Source: an uncultured Chloroflexia bacterium (GTDB lineage: Bacteria > Chloroflexota > Chloroflexia > Thermomicrobiales > UBA6265). From it: DNA of 64,000 bases. Both the position numbers and the translations under genes were made by a program. The notes under the pieces were generated by a model that had not been told where the DNA came from, searched no databases, and was given only the letters and a program-made list of their open reading frames with translations. Where the stretch lies: positions 1,968,513-2,032,512 of the forward strand of contig CAVXMV010000005.1 of assembly GCA_963763125.1 (NCBI GenBank), read 5' to 3'. Of this stretch, positions 24,062 through 33,827 are shown piece by piece. Each line of letters opens with the position of its first letter. Position 1 is the stretch's first letter.

Positions 24062-24517
24062 CTGCCCCTCGCATTCTCTGTGGTTGTGGGTACTATGCTG
24101 TTGGCTGGGAACCCTTCAAGTGAATCGATGGTAGCACGAATTGTGAAAAAACAGGGAAAGGGCTCATTTGGGGAAACTACTGCTAGCTCGATTGAATCAG
24201 TGACGCCAGGAGACCGGTGGCACAATCGCCGCCGTCCCCTGGCGTCTCGTTGCCGTGGTAATCAGCTCGCCTTGTCGTAGGGGCGAACAAGCGGGCCGCC
24301 AACCGGAGAGGACATCTCACCAACCAGGCTGTGGTCGATCCTGTGTCCGCCCACTCGAAACTCTCCTCCGCGAGTTAGCTAGCGCCGTCCGCGCCGTTGG
24401 ATGTGTCCGGCCGTTCGGAGAGCGTTTCCTGACACTTGCCAAACCACCTGCTGACCGTCACCATAGATGTTATCCGGGTCCGACGTTGAGCGTGATTAGT
24501 TGGGGAGGCCTCGTGGC

Positions 24518-25694
24518 ATGGCAACTGCTGATGGCAAACAAGTGGCCAGCGAGATAGACAATCCACGCCGGCCGCGTTGGCGCCGGGTGGTTGGTCGCGT
24601 CCTGATCGTGTTGTTCAGCGTGCTCGCGGTGCTCTCGCTTGTCCTGAATTGGGCTGCCTACGAGCTGCTCAACACCGATCGCTTCGTCGAAACGATGTCA
24701 GAGCTTTCAGCCGATCCCGCCATCCAGGAAGCGATTGCAAACAACATCACGAACCAGCTTGTCGGATTGTTCAATGCCGATGCGGTAACCAACGAATCGA
24801 CTAATGAAAGCGATCCGTTCCTGCGAGGACTGGCAAGATCGGCCGCCACCGATTTCATCGATCGCACCGTTCTCCGGGTCATCCAGTCGCCGGAGTTCCA
24901 GCAGCGCTGGGACGAAGCGATCCAGATCGCCCATCCCCATATAGTTGCCCTCCTCGAAGGCGAGGAATATGAGAACGTCCAGATCGTGGACGGTCAGGTG
25001 GTGATCGACCTGGGGCCGCTGATCGTCAGGGTCGAGGATCGCCTTCGCGAGGCCGGACTCGATTTTGTGGATCGCATTTCGCCGGATGCGATCGACACCA
25101 CATTCGTGATTTTCGAGTCGTCGGCGCTGGCAAACGCCCAGCAGTTGATCGACTTCATGCTGACATGGCGAATCCTGTTTCCAGTCATTGCCCTTGTGAG
25201 CCTGATCGGATACTTCGTGTTCTCCGCCGACAGGAAGTCGGCGACGATATGGACCGGGATGAGCCTGGCGATCGCGATGACCACGTTGCTCATAGCGATA
25301 GCGATTGGACGACGATACCTCCTCGACCATTTGCCGCCGAGCCGGGATGTTGAAGCCATTTCGGTCGTGTTCGATGTTCTCATGGACGGTCTGAATCGAG
25401 GCGCGAGGATTCCTCGCGCTCGCTGGCGTGGTGGTTTCCGGTCTTGCCCTCCTTCTTTGGGAGGATATGCCGTATCGCGCGACGATCGCGTCATTCGCCA
25501 GCCGATACCGGACGGCCCTGCTGGCCGGTATCGCTGCCGCGACCTGCCTCCCGATCCTGCTGGTCGATTCGCTCTCGGTTTCGACCATGGTGCTGGTCGT
25601 GTTCTTCGGGTTGCTGGCTCTCGGCATCATCTGGTGGTTTGCGCGGAGTATTTCGGGAGAAGACGACATTGCAGCCAGTCCTGGCACTCCGTAA
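24518..25694 (+). CDS. Integral membrane protein of unknown function (frameshift near 25410)
   Basis: N-terminal TM, LLNTDRFVET.SEL..DPAIQ motif, multiple C-terminal TMs across two ORFs. Confidence 0.7.
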
Positions 25695-25760
25695 TTCCGT
25701 AGTTCGAGATTGTCAACGTGTTCGGCCCGGAGTTCTTGAGCGAAAGTGAGGAATTGCGTG

Positions 25761-26684
25761 ATGCCCACATCGATCAGGGTGATCAGGCGGGCAGTACCGG
25801 CTGAAGCACAGATGTTGGCCGACCTCCAGAACCGGTCCTCCACCCATTGGGGGTATCCACCAGGGTTCTTCGATTGGGCGCCGGGCGCCTCGGTCATTCC
25901 CGACGACTACGTGCGTGACAACCCGGTTTACGCTCTGGAGGAGGATGGCCGGGTCGTCGGCTTCTATGGATTCACCAGGGAGGGCGGCGATCTCCTGCTG
26001 GATAAGCTGTTCGTGGACATCGACCGAATAGGAACCGGCTGCGGCAAGCTGCTATGGCTGCATGCGGTAGGTACGGCGCGAGATCTGGGAAACGACGACC
26101 TGGTGATCGGGTCCGATCCGAATGCGGCGGCATTCTATGGTGCGATGGGCGCGGTATGGTATGCGGAGAAGCCGACCCCGAGTCCGGAATGGACCGTGCA
26201 GATGTTTCGCTATGCGATTCCGCCATTGGTCATCCGGCAGGCGACTCCGGAAGAAGCGCCAGTGCTGCACGCCCTGACCCAACGCTCCACCATGTACTGG
26301 GGCTATGAGCCCGAATTTCTGAACTGGGAACCCGAGGCGATAGCGGTTACCCCGGAGCTCGTCGCCAACTCCGAGACCATCATGCTCGAGGAAGGCGATC
26401 GCCTTGTCGGCTACTACACGCTGACCGGTGGCGTATCGAATCTCTCCCTGGACAAGCTGTTCGTCGATGCCGACCGAATCGGCACTGGCGCAGGCAAGCG
26501 ATTGTGGTTGCACGCGGTCCAGACAGCCCGTGAGATGGGCGCCTCGGAACTGACGTTCATGGCTGATCCGAATGCGGCGCCGTTCTATCGCGCGATGGGT
26601 GCTGAATGGTTGCGTGAGGAGGAAACCACGCGCCCCGGCTGGAAACTCCAGATGTTCCGGTACAGCTTGTCCGCCAATTCGTAG
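25761..26684 (+). CDS. Tandem GNAT acetyltransferase (two homologous domains)
   Basis: Duplicated RSS/T.HWGY...LDKLFVD.DRIGTG.GK.LWLHAV...DPNAA.FY.AMGA. Confidence 0.88.
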   Translation: MPTSIRVIRRAVPAEAQMLADLQNRSSTHWGYPPGFFDWAPGASVIPDDYVRDNPVYALEEDGRVVGFYGFTREGGDLLLDKLFVDIDRIGTGCGKLLWLHAVGTARDLGNDDLVIGSDPNAAAFYGAMGAVWYAEKPTPSPEWTVQMFRYAIPPLVIRQATPEEAPVLHALTQRSTMYWGYEPEFLNWEPEAIAVTPELVANSETIMLEEGDRLVGYYTLTGGVSNLSLDKLFVDADRIGTGAGKRLWLHAVQTAREMGASELTFMADPNAAPFYRAMGAEWLREEETTRPGWKLQMFRYSLSANS

Positions 26685-26754
26685 GGCTGCCGACCTTGTG
26701 TCGGCCCTCGATTGTTCCATGAACTTCACCCACGAGCCGCACCGCACAACCTCG

Positions 26755-27315
26755 CTAACCGAGCTTTGCCAGAACCTCATCGGTCGTGGCGATTGCCGCG
26801 AACTCGTCGTGGAGATTGGCAAGTGAAACTGCGTGGATCGTTTCTGCCGGCCAGGTGACGCCATCTGGCCCCGTACGGTCGAAAGTGGCGGTCGCGTCTG
26901 ATACGAGGATGGGGTTGAACCCGAGATTCCCCGCCATCCTGGTTGTCGTTTCCACGCAATGGTTCGTGGTGAGTCCCGTGATTACGACCTGGCCGATGCC
27001 ACGCTCGCGGAGGAAACGCTCAAGCTCGGTGCCGATGAAGGCGCTGTTTACGGATTTGGTCATCACCGCTTCGTCTGCCTTGGGTGCGAGCTCCGGTTTG
27101 AACTCCACTCCTTGCTGACCGGGACGCAAGGTGGACTCAGGTTCGGTTGACCAGTGCTGGATGTGAACCAACGGACGCTCGCTGGCACGCCACGCCTTGA
27201 GCAACCGAGCGGCATTCGCTTCCGCAGCCGGATTGTTGCGCGGACCCCATGATGGGTCGTCGAATCCCTGCTGGATGTCGATCAGGATCAGCGCTGCGTT
27301 GAGATCGAGCGACAT
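26755..27315 (-). CDS. Isochorismatase-family cysteine hydrolase
   Basis: LILIDIQQGF, KSVNSAF, GLTTNHCVETT. Confidence 0.9.
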   Translation of the reverse strand: MSLDLNAALILIDIQQGFDDPSWGPRNNPAAEANAARLLKAWRASERPLVHIQHWSTEPESTLRPGQQGVEFKPELAPKADEAVMTKSVNSAFIGTELERFLRERGIGQVVITGLTTNHCVETTTRMAGNLGFNPILVSDATATFDRTGPDGVTWPAETIHAVSLANLHDEFAAIATTDEVLAKLG

Positions 27316-27317
27316 GG

Positions 27318-28322
27318 CTACGCCTCTGCGCCATTCGGAAGGATGCACACCTTCAGGCCCGCACCGGTCTTGTGTACGTTCCACGCCTCGTCGAACCGCT
27401 CCAGCCCGAACTGATGGGTAATGGTCTCCCGCCATGGAATCTGTCCGGAGGCAAGCAGCGCGATCGAGCGGTCCATTGTGTACGGGTTGGTGTAGGTGCC
27501 ACGGATTGTGATTTCGCGGCGAAAGATGTCGAAGGGATTCACGGAAACCGTATCGTGCGGCGCGGCCACGCCCACCCAAACTACGGTTCCCCCGGAACGC
27601 ACAGCCGGAATCGCCGAGGCGAGTGTCGCCGGTTTTCCGACGCACTCCATCACGATGTCGAATGAATCGGCAGGGACATCGCCGGGCACAACTGGCGTTC
27701 CGCCGAATGCCGATGCCAAGGCGCGGCGCGAGTCGTTTGGCTCGCTCACCACGACCTCCGAAGCGCCGGCCGCCCTGAGCAGCGAGGCACAGAGCAACCC
27801 GATTGGTCCCGCCCCGATCACCAGCGACGATTGGCCCGGCTTGATTCCCGAACGATCCACGGCGTGGACGACGCACGCCAGCGGCTCGGTTAACGCGGCG
27901 GCTGCCATTGGCAATGAATCCGGAATTCGATAGGCGCGGTTGGCCGGAACGATGGAATAACTGCCCAATCCACCATCGATCGTAACCCCGAGCGTTTGTG
28001 GATTTGTGCACAGGTGCGACTTCGCCTCACGGCAAGCCCGGCACGCCTGGCAGGGAATATTGGGGTCGATCACCACGCGATCACCGCGCTGCCAATCCCC
28101 TGTGTGTGGACCGGTCGCGAAAATGGTTCCGGCGTATTCGTGACCGAGCGTCACTCCGCTCCTGGCGAGCGGGTACTCGCCGGATGCAATGTGGAGATCG
28201 GTGCCGCACAACCCGGAGGCGCCAACCTCGATCAGGATCTCGCCGGACTTGAGGGCCGGCACTGCCCGGTCGGTGATGGAGATTCCGGATTCACGGTCCC
28301 AGACGACACTGGTGGAAATCAT
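27318..28322 (-). CDS. Zinc-dependent alcohol/polyol dehydrogenase
   Basis: GLCGTDLH, GHE, CQACRAC...C, GAGPIG. Confidence 0.9.
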   Translation of the reverse strand: MISTSVVWDRESGISITDRAVPALKSGEILIEVGASGLCGTDLHIASGEYPLARSGVTLGHEYAGTIFATGPHTGDWQRGDRVVIDPNIPCQACRACREAKSHLCTNPQTLGVTIDGGLGSYSIVPANRAYRIPDSLPMAAAALTEPLACVVHAVDRSGIKPGQSSLVIGAGPIGLLCASLLRAAGASEVVVSEPNDSRRALASAFGGTPVVPGDVPADSFDIVMECVGKPATLASAIPAVRSGGTVVWVGVAAPHDTVSVNPFDIFRREITIRGTYTNPYTMDRSIALLASGQIPWRETITHQFGLERFDEAWNVHKTGAGLKVCILPNGAEA

Positions 28323-28446
28323 CGAGCTATTGTCCTCGAGAGAATGGCCGGCACGTGGCCGGCCATCGAAAGGGTCTGCTTCACGAATGTCGCCGGAGGC
28401 ACCCTCGGCGTTTCCATCACGTGCACATATCGAAAGGTGAGGGCTC

Positions 28447-29577
28447 CTAGCGCACCTTGCCGCGAGCCGCCACCTTCCAGGTGTCGATGATCTTGCCGTC
28501 GCGGGCGATGAACAGTTCATCCATCAGGTTTACAGTCGGGCAGATGTGGTTGGGGATGACCTCGACGCGATCACCGATATTGAGGCCCGTTTCACCCTCC
28601 GGAATCGAAATGACGCCGTGTTCCTCGCTCAATTTGGTGATGATCACATCCGGGTGGCCAACGATGTAGCCGTGACCCTTGTGCGACTTGCCTGGGTCCA
28701 TCGCCAGCGATTTCGATCCTGTATCGAGCACTCCACGATCGGGCGCGGTGCGGCTGACGACCGTCGCCACGAACCGGGCGGCGCAATCGTCGACCCCGAC
28801 GCGGCCGTATGGGAAGGCGGAGTTGTCGTTGAACACATACGTGCCGGGGCGCATTTCCGTCACACCAGGCACTGTGGGCGTGAAGAATGCGGCCGGTGTG
28901 GACCCCACGCTGACGGTCGGCAGCTCGATGCCGTGGGAGCGGATTGCCTCGGCCGTTTCGACCATTGCCCGGCCAGCCGCCACGGCGATCCCCTCGATCT
29001 CGTCCGGCGGAGCGCTGTTGGCGTGACCCTCGTGGGTCATGATCCCGGTCAGGTTGAGATTGGCCATCCGCGCGATCTCGAGGGCCATCGCAATTGCTTC
29101 CTCGCCGACCCTGGCGCCGGATCGATCCTGGCCGGTGTTCACTTCCAGCATCACGTCGAGGGTGCGATCATGCTGCGTCATTGCCCTGGACATCATCCTG
29201 GCCGCTTCCAGTGAATCGGTGGCGACCACGATTCGCGCCCGGTCCATCAGGGCCGCAATGCGCCGGAACTTGGCCTCGCCGATCGTCGGATAGGCCAGCA
29301 GCACATCTTCGATGCCCGCCTCGTTGACCATCACCTCGGCTTCGCCGACCTTGGCGCAGGTCACGCCAATTGCGCCAGCGGCGACTTGCAATCGCGCGAT
29401 CTGGACTGTTTTGTGAGTCTTGATGTGGGGGCGGAGATTGACCCCGATGCTTGCGGCAAACGCAGCCATCGTCGCGATATTGCGATGCAGTATTTCTTCG
29501 GAGACAACCAGGGCCGGAGTGTCGACCTCGGTTGCAGGCGACACGATCAACTCAGATGAACGCACGGCCGTAGCCAT
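28447..29577 (-). CDS. DSD1 / D-threonine aldolase family PLP enzyme (fold III)
   Basis: DTPAL, LRPHIKTHK, EMRPGTYVF, LSEEHG, IPNHIC. Confidence 0.9.
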   Translation of the reverse strand: MATAVRSSELIVSPATEVDTPALVVSEEILHRNIATMAAFAASIGVNLRPHIKTHKTVQIARLQVAAGAIGVTCAKVGEAEVMVNEAGIEDVLLAYPTIGEAKFRRIAALMDRARIVVATDSLEAARMMSRAMTQHDRTLDVMLEVNTGQDRSGARVGEEAIAMALEIARMANLNLTGIMTHEGHANSAPPDEIEGIAVAAGRAMVETAEAIRSHGIELPTVSVGSTPAAFFTPTVPGVTEMRPGTYVFNDNSAFPYGRVGVDDCAARFVATVVSRTAPDRGVLDTGSKSLAMDPGKSHKGHGYIVGHPDVIITKLSEEHGVISIPEGETGLNIGDRVEVIPNHICPTVNLMDELFIARDGKIIDTWKVAARGKVR

Positions 29578-29660
29578 AACCAGATCCTCCAACGCTTCGT
29601 TGCGACGTTACCGGGCTGCGCGCTGCCAATTCCCGGAAGGTTCCCCACGCGGGGACGCCA

Positions 29661-30770
29661 TTATAGAGGCGAATTCGGGAGAGCGGAACGGCCAACGCCG
29701 ACAAGCCAGCGGGTCCCGCTGGTGTCGATCCATCGGCCCTGGGCTGCCGAACGGACCACGCCATCGATGATTTCCTGTGCCTTGGCGCCGTCAGCGAAGG
29801 AAGGCGCGCTGACCGCCCACTCGCCGGTGCGGATCGCGTGGACCCAATCCTGCATCAGCAGGATCGTGGGGCGGGTCAGGTAGTGGGTAAATTCCGGGAG
29901 CCGTGGATTGAGGCGCTCCGGAATCGGTAGCTCGCGCAATCCGAGATCGCGTCGCCGGGCGCCGAACAGCTCGCCATCGCCCTGGATGATCAACATCCCT
30001 TCGGAGCCGGAGATCGTGATTTCCTCTCCGGCGTTGATCGGCGCCGTGGCAGAGAAATGCACCGACCCGATTGCGCCCTGGGCGAACTTGAGGAGGAACG
30101 CGAAATTGTCGTCCGCGTCGACTCCCGCCATCCCGGACGAATCCGGGAGCCGCCTTCGTTTCACCATCGTCGCCGTGGTGCCGGCGACCTCGTGGATTTC
30201 CCCGAGCCACCAGCGCAACGAGTCGACATAGTGTGAACCCGAGGCGCCAAGCATGCCGCCCGCCTTGTCCTGCTCCATCAACCAGCCAAACGGTCGCTCG
30301 TTGGGATCGGCAAGGGTCGAGCGGAAGACATTCATCGCCACTGATTGCGGATCGCCGATGTAGCCCTCGTCGATCAGCTCCTTGACCCGTATCCGGATCG
30401 GCAGGTAGCGGAATTCGTGGTTGATCATGGCGACGACCCTGGCGGATTCGGCCAGTTTCACCATGTCCCTCGCCTCGGCCAGGTTGCGGGCCATCGGCTT
30501 CTCGCAGAGTACGTGTTTGCCGGCTTCGAGGGCGGCGATCACCATCTGGTGGTGCAGGTAAGGTGGGGTGGCGACGACAACCGCATGGACCTTGGGATCG
30601 TTGATCACATCACGCCAGTCCGTTGATGCCATCGGGATATCGTGCCGTGCAGCAACCGCCTGCGCGCGATCGGCCCGCCGCGAAACGATCGCGACGATCT
30701 CGACACCATCGAGATACTTGAGCGCCGGAATGTGCACTGCGGCCCCGAAACCGGTGCCGAGCACCGCCAC
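29661..30770 (-). CDS. Gfo/Idh/MocA family oxidoreductase (start uncertain)
   Basis: GTGFG, GKHVLCEKP, GGMLGASGSH. Confidence 0.9.
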   Translation of the reverse strand: MAVLGTGFGAAVHIPALKYLDGVEIVAIVSRRADRAQAVAARHDIPMASTDWRDVINDPKVHAVVVATPPYLHHQMVIAALEAGKHVLCEKPMARNLAEARDMVKLAESARVVAMINHEFRYLPIRIRVKELIDEGYIGDPQSVAMNVFRSTLADPNERPFGWLMEQDKAGGMLGASGSHYVDSLRWWLGEIHEVAGTTATMVKRRRLPDSSGMAGVDADDNFAFLLKFAQGAIGSVHFSATAPINAGEEITISGSEGMLIIQGDGELFGARRRDLGLRELPIPERLNPRLPEFTHYLTRPTILLMQDWVHAIRTGEWAVSAPSFADGAKAQEIIDGVVRSAAQGRWIDTSGTRWLVGVGRSALPNSPL

Positions 30771-31078
30771 CCCAAGTGATTTCGATGTCGATCCGGAGGT
30801 GGATCCTCCCGCCTGGGTCAGGGTGTTGGGCAGAAAATGGCGTTGCCATAATGGACGTTTTGCTCCAGTCGGGCTACTAGGGTGCGGATTGGCTGGTTCA
30901 ATTCACGGCATACTATGGAACAAGTGCGGTGCCGATGGTGATCTCGTGGTGGAGTGGATCGAGAGTTGAGTTCACCGCGGCGTGGTCGGAAAGCTTGCCT
31001 GTAATCATTGATCTTAACATACGGACCCCGCGATTCCCGGTCGATTCGATCCCGGTGTTGCGATCCGAAAGGGATTCC

Positions 31079-31628
31079 ATGCGTATCTACACGGCCCGCG
31101 GAGATACCGGGCAAACCGATTTGCTAGGAGCACGTGTCGAGAAGGACGATCCCCGGATCGACTTGATCGGTACCCTCGATGAAACCACCTCTGCGATCGG
31201 GCTTGGACGTGCGCTGGCGCACGTGCCCGAGACGAACGAGCGCCTCAAGACCGTTCAGCGCGATCTCTACCAGATCATGGCCGAATTGGCCTTTACCGAC
31301 TCCACGAGACCTGGCTCGCTTCGACTTCCCGGCCGATCGCACGACGTGGCTCGAAGCCGAGCTTGAGTTGCTGAGCGCTTCTGTCGATTTACCCCGAGAA
31401 TTCGTGCTTCCGGGCGAAACCGTCGCTAGCGCGGCACTCGATGTGGCGCGCACGGTCAGTCGCCGGGCCGAGCGGCAGGCTGTTGGGCTGGCCCGCGAAG
31501 GGATCGTGGGCAACGCGGAAATCGTGCGCTATCTCAATCGCCTGTCATCGCTCCTGTTCATGGTTGCGCGGGCTGAGGATCTTCACGACACCGGGCACGT
31601 CGAACTGGCCAAACAACCTCCCGGGTGA
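31079..31628 (+). CDS. ATP:cob(I)alamin adenosyltransferase, PduO type (frameshift near 31310)
   Basis: MRIYTARGDTGQT, GTLDE, ARTVSRRAER, YLNRLSSLLF. Confidence 0.88.
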
Positions 31629-31649
31629 GCCGCGTTCGAGGCCGATTTC

Positions 31650-31814
31650 CGTAGATGTTGACCTGCAGCGCCAACAAGACAAACTCGAGTCGTTGATCCA
31701 TCGTGGTCTTCACCTCGAACGGCATGATCCGGTCCCCTTTCTGGAACCAGATCATCCGCCATCGGTGTCCGACATGTCTCCGGACAGGTGTCCGCTATGT
31801 CTCCGGTCTGAACA
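31650..31814 (-). mobile_element. Truncated IS481-family element (left end + transposase N-terminus)
   Basis: 5'-TGTTCAGACCGGAGACAT..GGACA..GGAGACAT..GGACA end with repeated motifs; MPFEVKTTMDQRLEFV resembles IS481 N-termini. Confidence 0.65.
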
Positions 31815-31819
31815 CTAGT

Positions 31820-32174
31820 ACCGGCCCACTACCAGGGTGGAGTGCTTTGTACGGGTGGGTCATCGTGATCTTCTGAAGGTGATTTTGTACGGCTGCCGAC
31901 CTGCCCCGCTGGATGTGTCCTCCCGCTGATCCTCGCAGCGAATCATCGTCCTCGGGAACGCGGGGCGGTGCATTTGTACGGTTGCGGCAGCGAAGCGATG
32001 CGTGCTCCGCCCGTTCCGGCGCAGCCGGTTTCTTGTCATACCGCTACGCTGCCGTCGGGAGCGCAGCGACCAGAGGAATCTGGCCCCGCTGGATACGCCG
32101 CAGCAGCCATTGAGCGATGTTCGCTGCGGCGAAGAGATTCCTCTAGTCGCGCGGGGCGCTCCTTACGGAATGAC
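31820..32174. repeat. Dense REP-like / GTCAT..GAATGAC repeat cluster
   Basis: GTACGGCTGCCGACC..., GTACGGTTGCGGCAGCGAAGCGATGCGTGCTCCGCCC, TGTCATACCG...CGGAATGAC. Confidence 0.65.
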
Positions 32175-32180
32175 GAATAA

Positions 32181-32700
32181 GAGCGACCGGCAATAGGTGA
32201 CAACCAGGCACGGGACCAGCGACGATCGTGGTGCTGACCCGCGTTAGTGCCGGAGGTTCCCGTGCTTGTGTTGCCAGTATCCGTGATGGAGCCCATCTGG
32301 GCCCAGTTTGCAGCGTTGCTCCCGGACCGCCCGGTTGTCGATCCGACCCATCCCCTGGGCTGCCACCGGCCACGCATTCCTGACCGGATCGTCATCGAGC
32401 AGGTGGTGGCCGCGCTGGTCCATGGGTCCGGGTACGAACGGATCGCACCATCCGGCGGCGACTGCACGACTGGGCCGACCTGGGTCTGGCGGAGACGCTG
32501 CACGAGCTGGTCCTGGATGAACGGCTATGGCAAGCTGCGGCGATGCACGGAGAAACGCGCGACCGTGGTGCGCTTCTATCTGGCGCTGGCTGCGGCGCTG
32601 GTGGTCACCCGGTGCCTCATTCGCGAGGCGCGGACTCGCTTTCGCTGGCCAGGGCGACCCACCACGCGCCGCCTCACATGATGCCTATTGCCGGTCGCTC
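32181..32700 (+). mobile_element. Internally deleted IS5-family element, 520 bp
   Basis: Perfect 17-bp TIRs GAGCGACCGGCAATAGG / CCTATTGCCGGTCGCTC; transposase N-term (HPLGCHRPRIPDR) joined to C-term (GKLRRCTEKR) with no catalytic core. Confidence 0.85.
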
Positions 32701-32806
32701 TTGGTGATTTGCCGACTCGCGCACGCGATGGATGGTTTCTTGCCGCTAGCTCATCATGTCGCGGCTGGGACTCCAACCAGGCTGCGCGATCTCGCGCCCA
32801 TGACAA

Positions 32807-32832
32807 TGGGGAGGTCGTTTCTGACCTCCCCA
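32807..32832 (-). terminator. Hairpin downstream of the secreted-peptide gene
   Basis: TGGGGAGGTC-N6-GACCTCCCCA. Confidence 0.55.
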
Positions 32833-32912
32833 CGTCCGTTCCGTTCGTTGTGGGTCTTCCTGGGGTCCTCGTGACTATCCTCGCGTCACTGTCCATGCCG
32901 TGAGCGCGGAGA

Positions 32913-33233
32913 TTACCCCGTCACCACCATTAATCGGTTGTGCCACCAGTAACTACCGTCGTCGTAAGAGCAGGACACGTAGTAGATGCCGCCCAAGTAG
33001 AAGGAGTTCGGATCGCCGCCGCTGGTAAAGCAATCGCCAATTAGCCCGTTTATATAATTAGGTCGCGCTGACGCGGGGGACGCCATCATGCTCAGCAGCG
33101 CCGTGCCCAGCATCAGGGTCAGGGTGATCGCCACCGCGAGCCGCTTGACGAAGCCGAACCGCCGTCCCCTCGGGGCCAGCGGCGCGGCTGTCTTCGTCTC
33201 CGTCGGTCCAGTCTCCAAAGTCTTCGCTTGCAA
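32913..33233 (-). CDS. Small secreted protein: signal peptide + ~50-aa aromatic/Gly-rich mature part with two Cys
   Basis: GAAGGAG RBS + TTG start; basic n-region, hydrophobic h-region, ASA cleavage motif. Confidence 0.7.
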   Translation of the reverse strand: MQAKTLETGPTETKTAAPLAPRGRRFGFVKRLAVAITLTLMLGTALLSMMASPASARPNYINGLIGDCFTSGGDPNSFYLGGIYYVSCSYDDGSYWWHNRLMVVTG

Positions 33234-33371
33234 GGTGTTCTCCTTCAATGTTGAGGGTAGTGGTCGTGGGCGGCATCGCACAGCGCGAGGCCCTGAACTT
33301 GAGGATAGGGTAAGGATCGGGCAGCGTCATACGCAAAATTGCGGAATCGCCGAGCGTAGTTTGTCGCAGCC

Positions 33372-33467
33372 CACGCCACATCACTTACGTGGTCGGCGCA
33401 GCGCACGCCACAACACGTACGTGGTCGGCGCAGTGCACGCCACATCACGTACGTGGTCGGCGCGCGG
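33372..33467. repeat. Three tandem 32-bp repeats with a palindromic CACGTACGTG core
   Basis: Units start at 33372, 33404 and 33436; consensus CACGCCACATCACGTACGTGGTCGGCGCAG. Confidence 0.9.
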
Positions 33468-33489
33468 GCAGTTTCGCGGTGGGTAGTGT

Positions 33490-33827
33490 CTCGTAGGCCA
33501 GGCGTCGGCCCATTCCCGCACCCGCCGCCGCATGGTGCGGTCCGAACCGCTCGGTGTGGCGATGCGTGCATCGCCGGAGCCATGCACCTGGGCCGCCACG
33601 ACATGGTCGAACACCACGCGATCGGGCACGCGCCGCCGGTGACAGCCGAGCGGATGCGCCGGGTCCACGGCGGGACGCGTGGGCAAGAGGGCAGCGAACT
33701 GCGCCCAGATCGGCTCGATCAGGCATACGGGGACAACAGGCACGGAACCCCCCGGGAATCATCGCGACGTCAGACATCGCGATAATCCTCGAAGCCGTGC
33801 CTGCCTGTCACCTATTGCCGGTCGCTC
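33490..33827 (-). mobile_element. Truncated second IS5-family copy (inverted; left end + N-terminus)
   Basis: Same TIR at 33811-33827; ORF 33381..33743 EPIWAQFAALLP..HPLGCHRRRVPDR. Confidence 0.82.

Noticed and set aside
26755-28011. 418-aa isochorismatase fusion
   Set aside because: The N-terminal part overlaps the Zn-ADH in another frame; the real start is at 27315
33372-33467. CRISPR array
   Set aside because: The units are contiguous with no unique spacers, and there are no cas genes in the window
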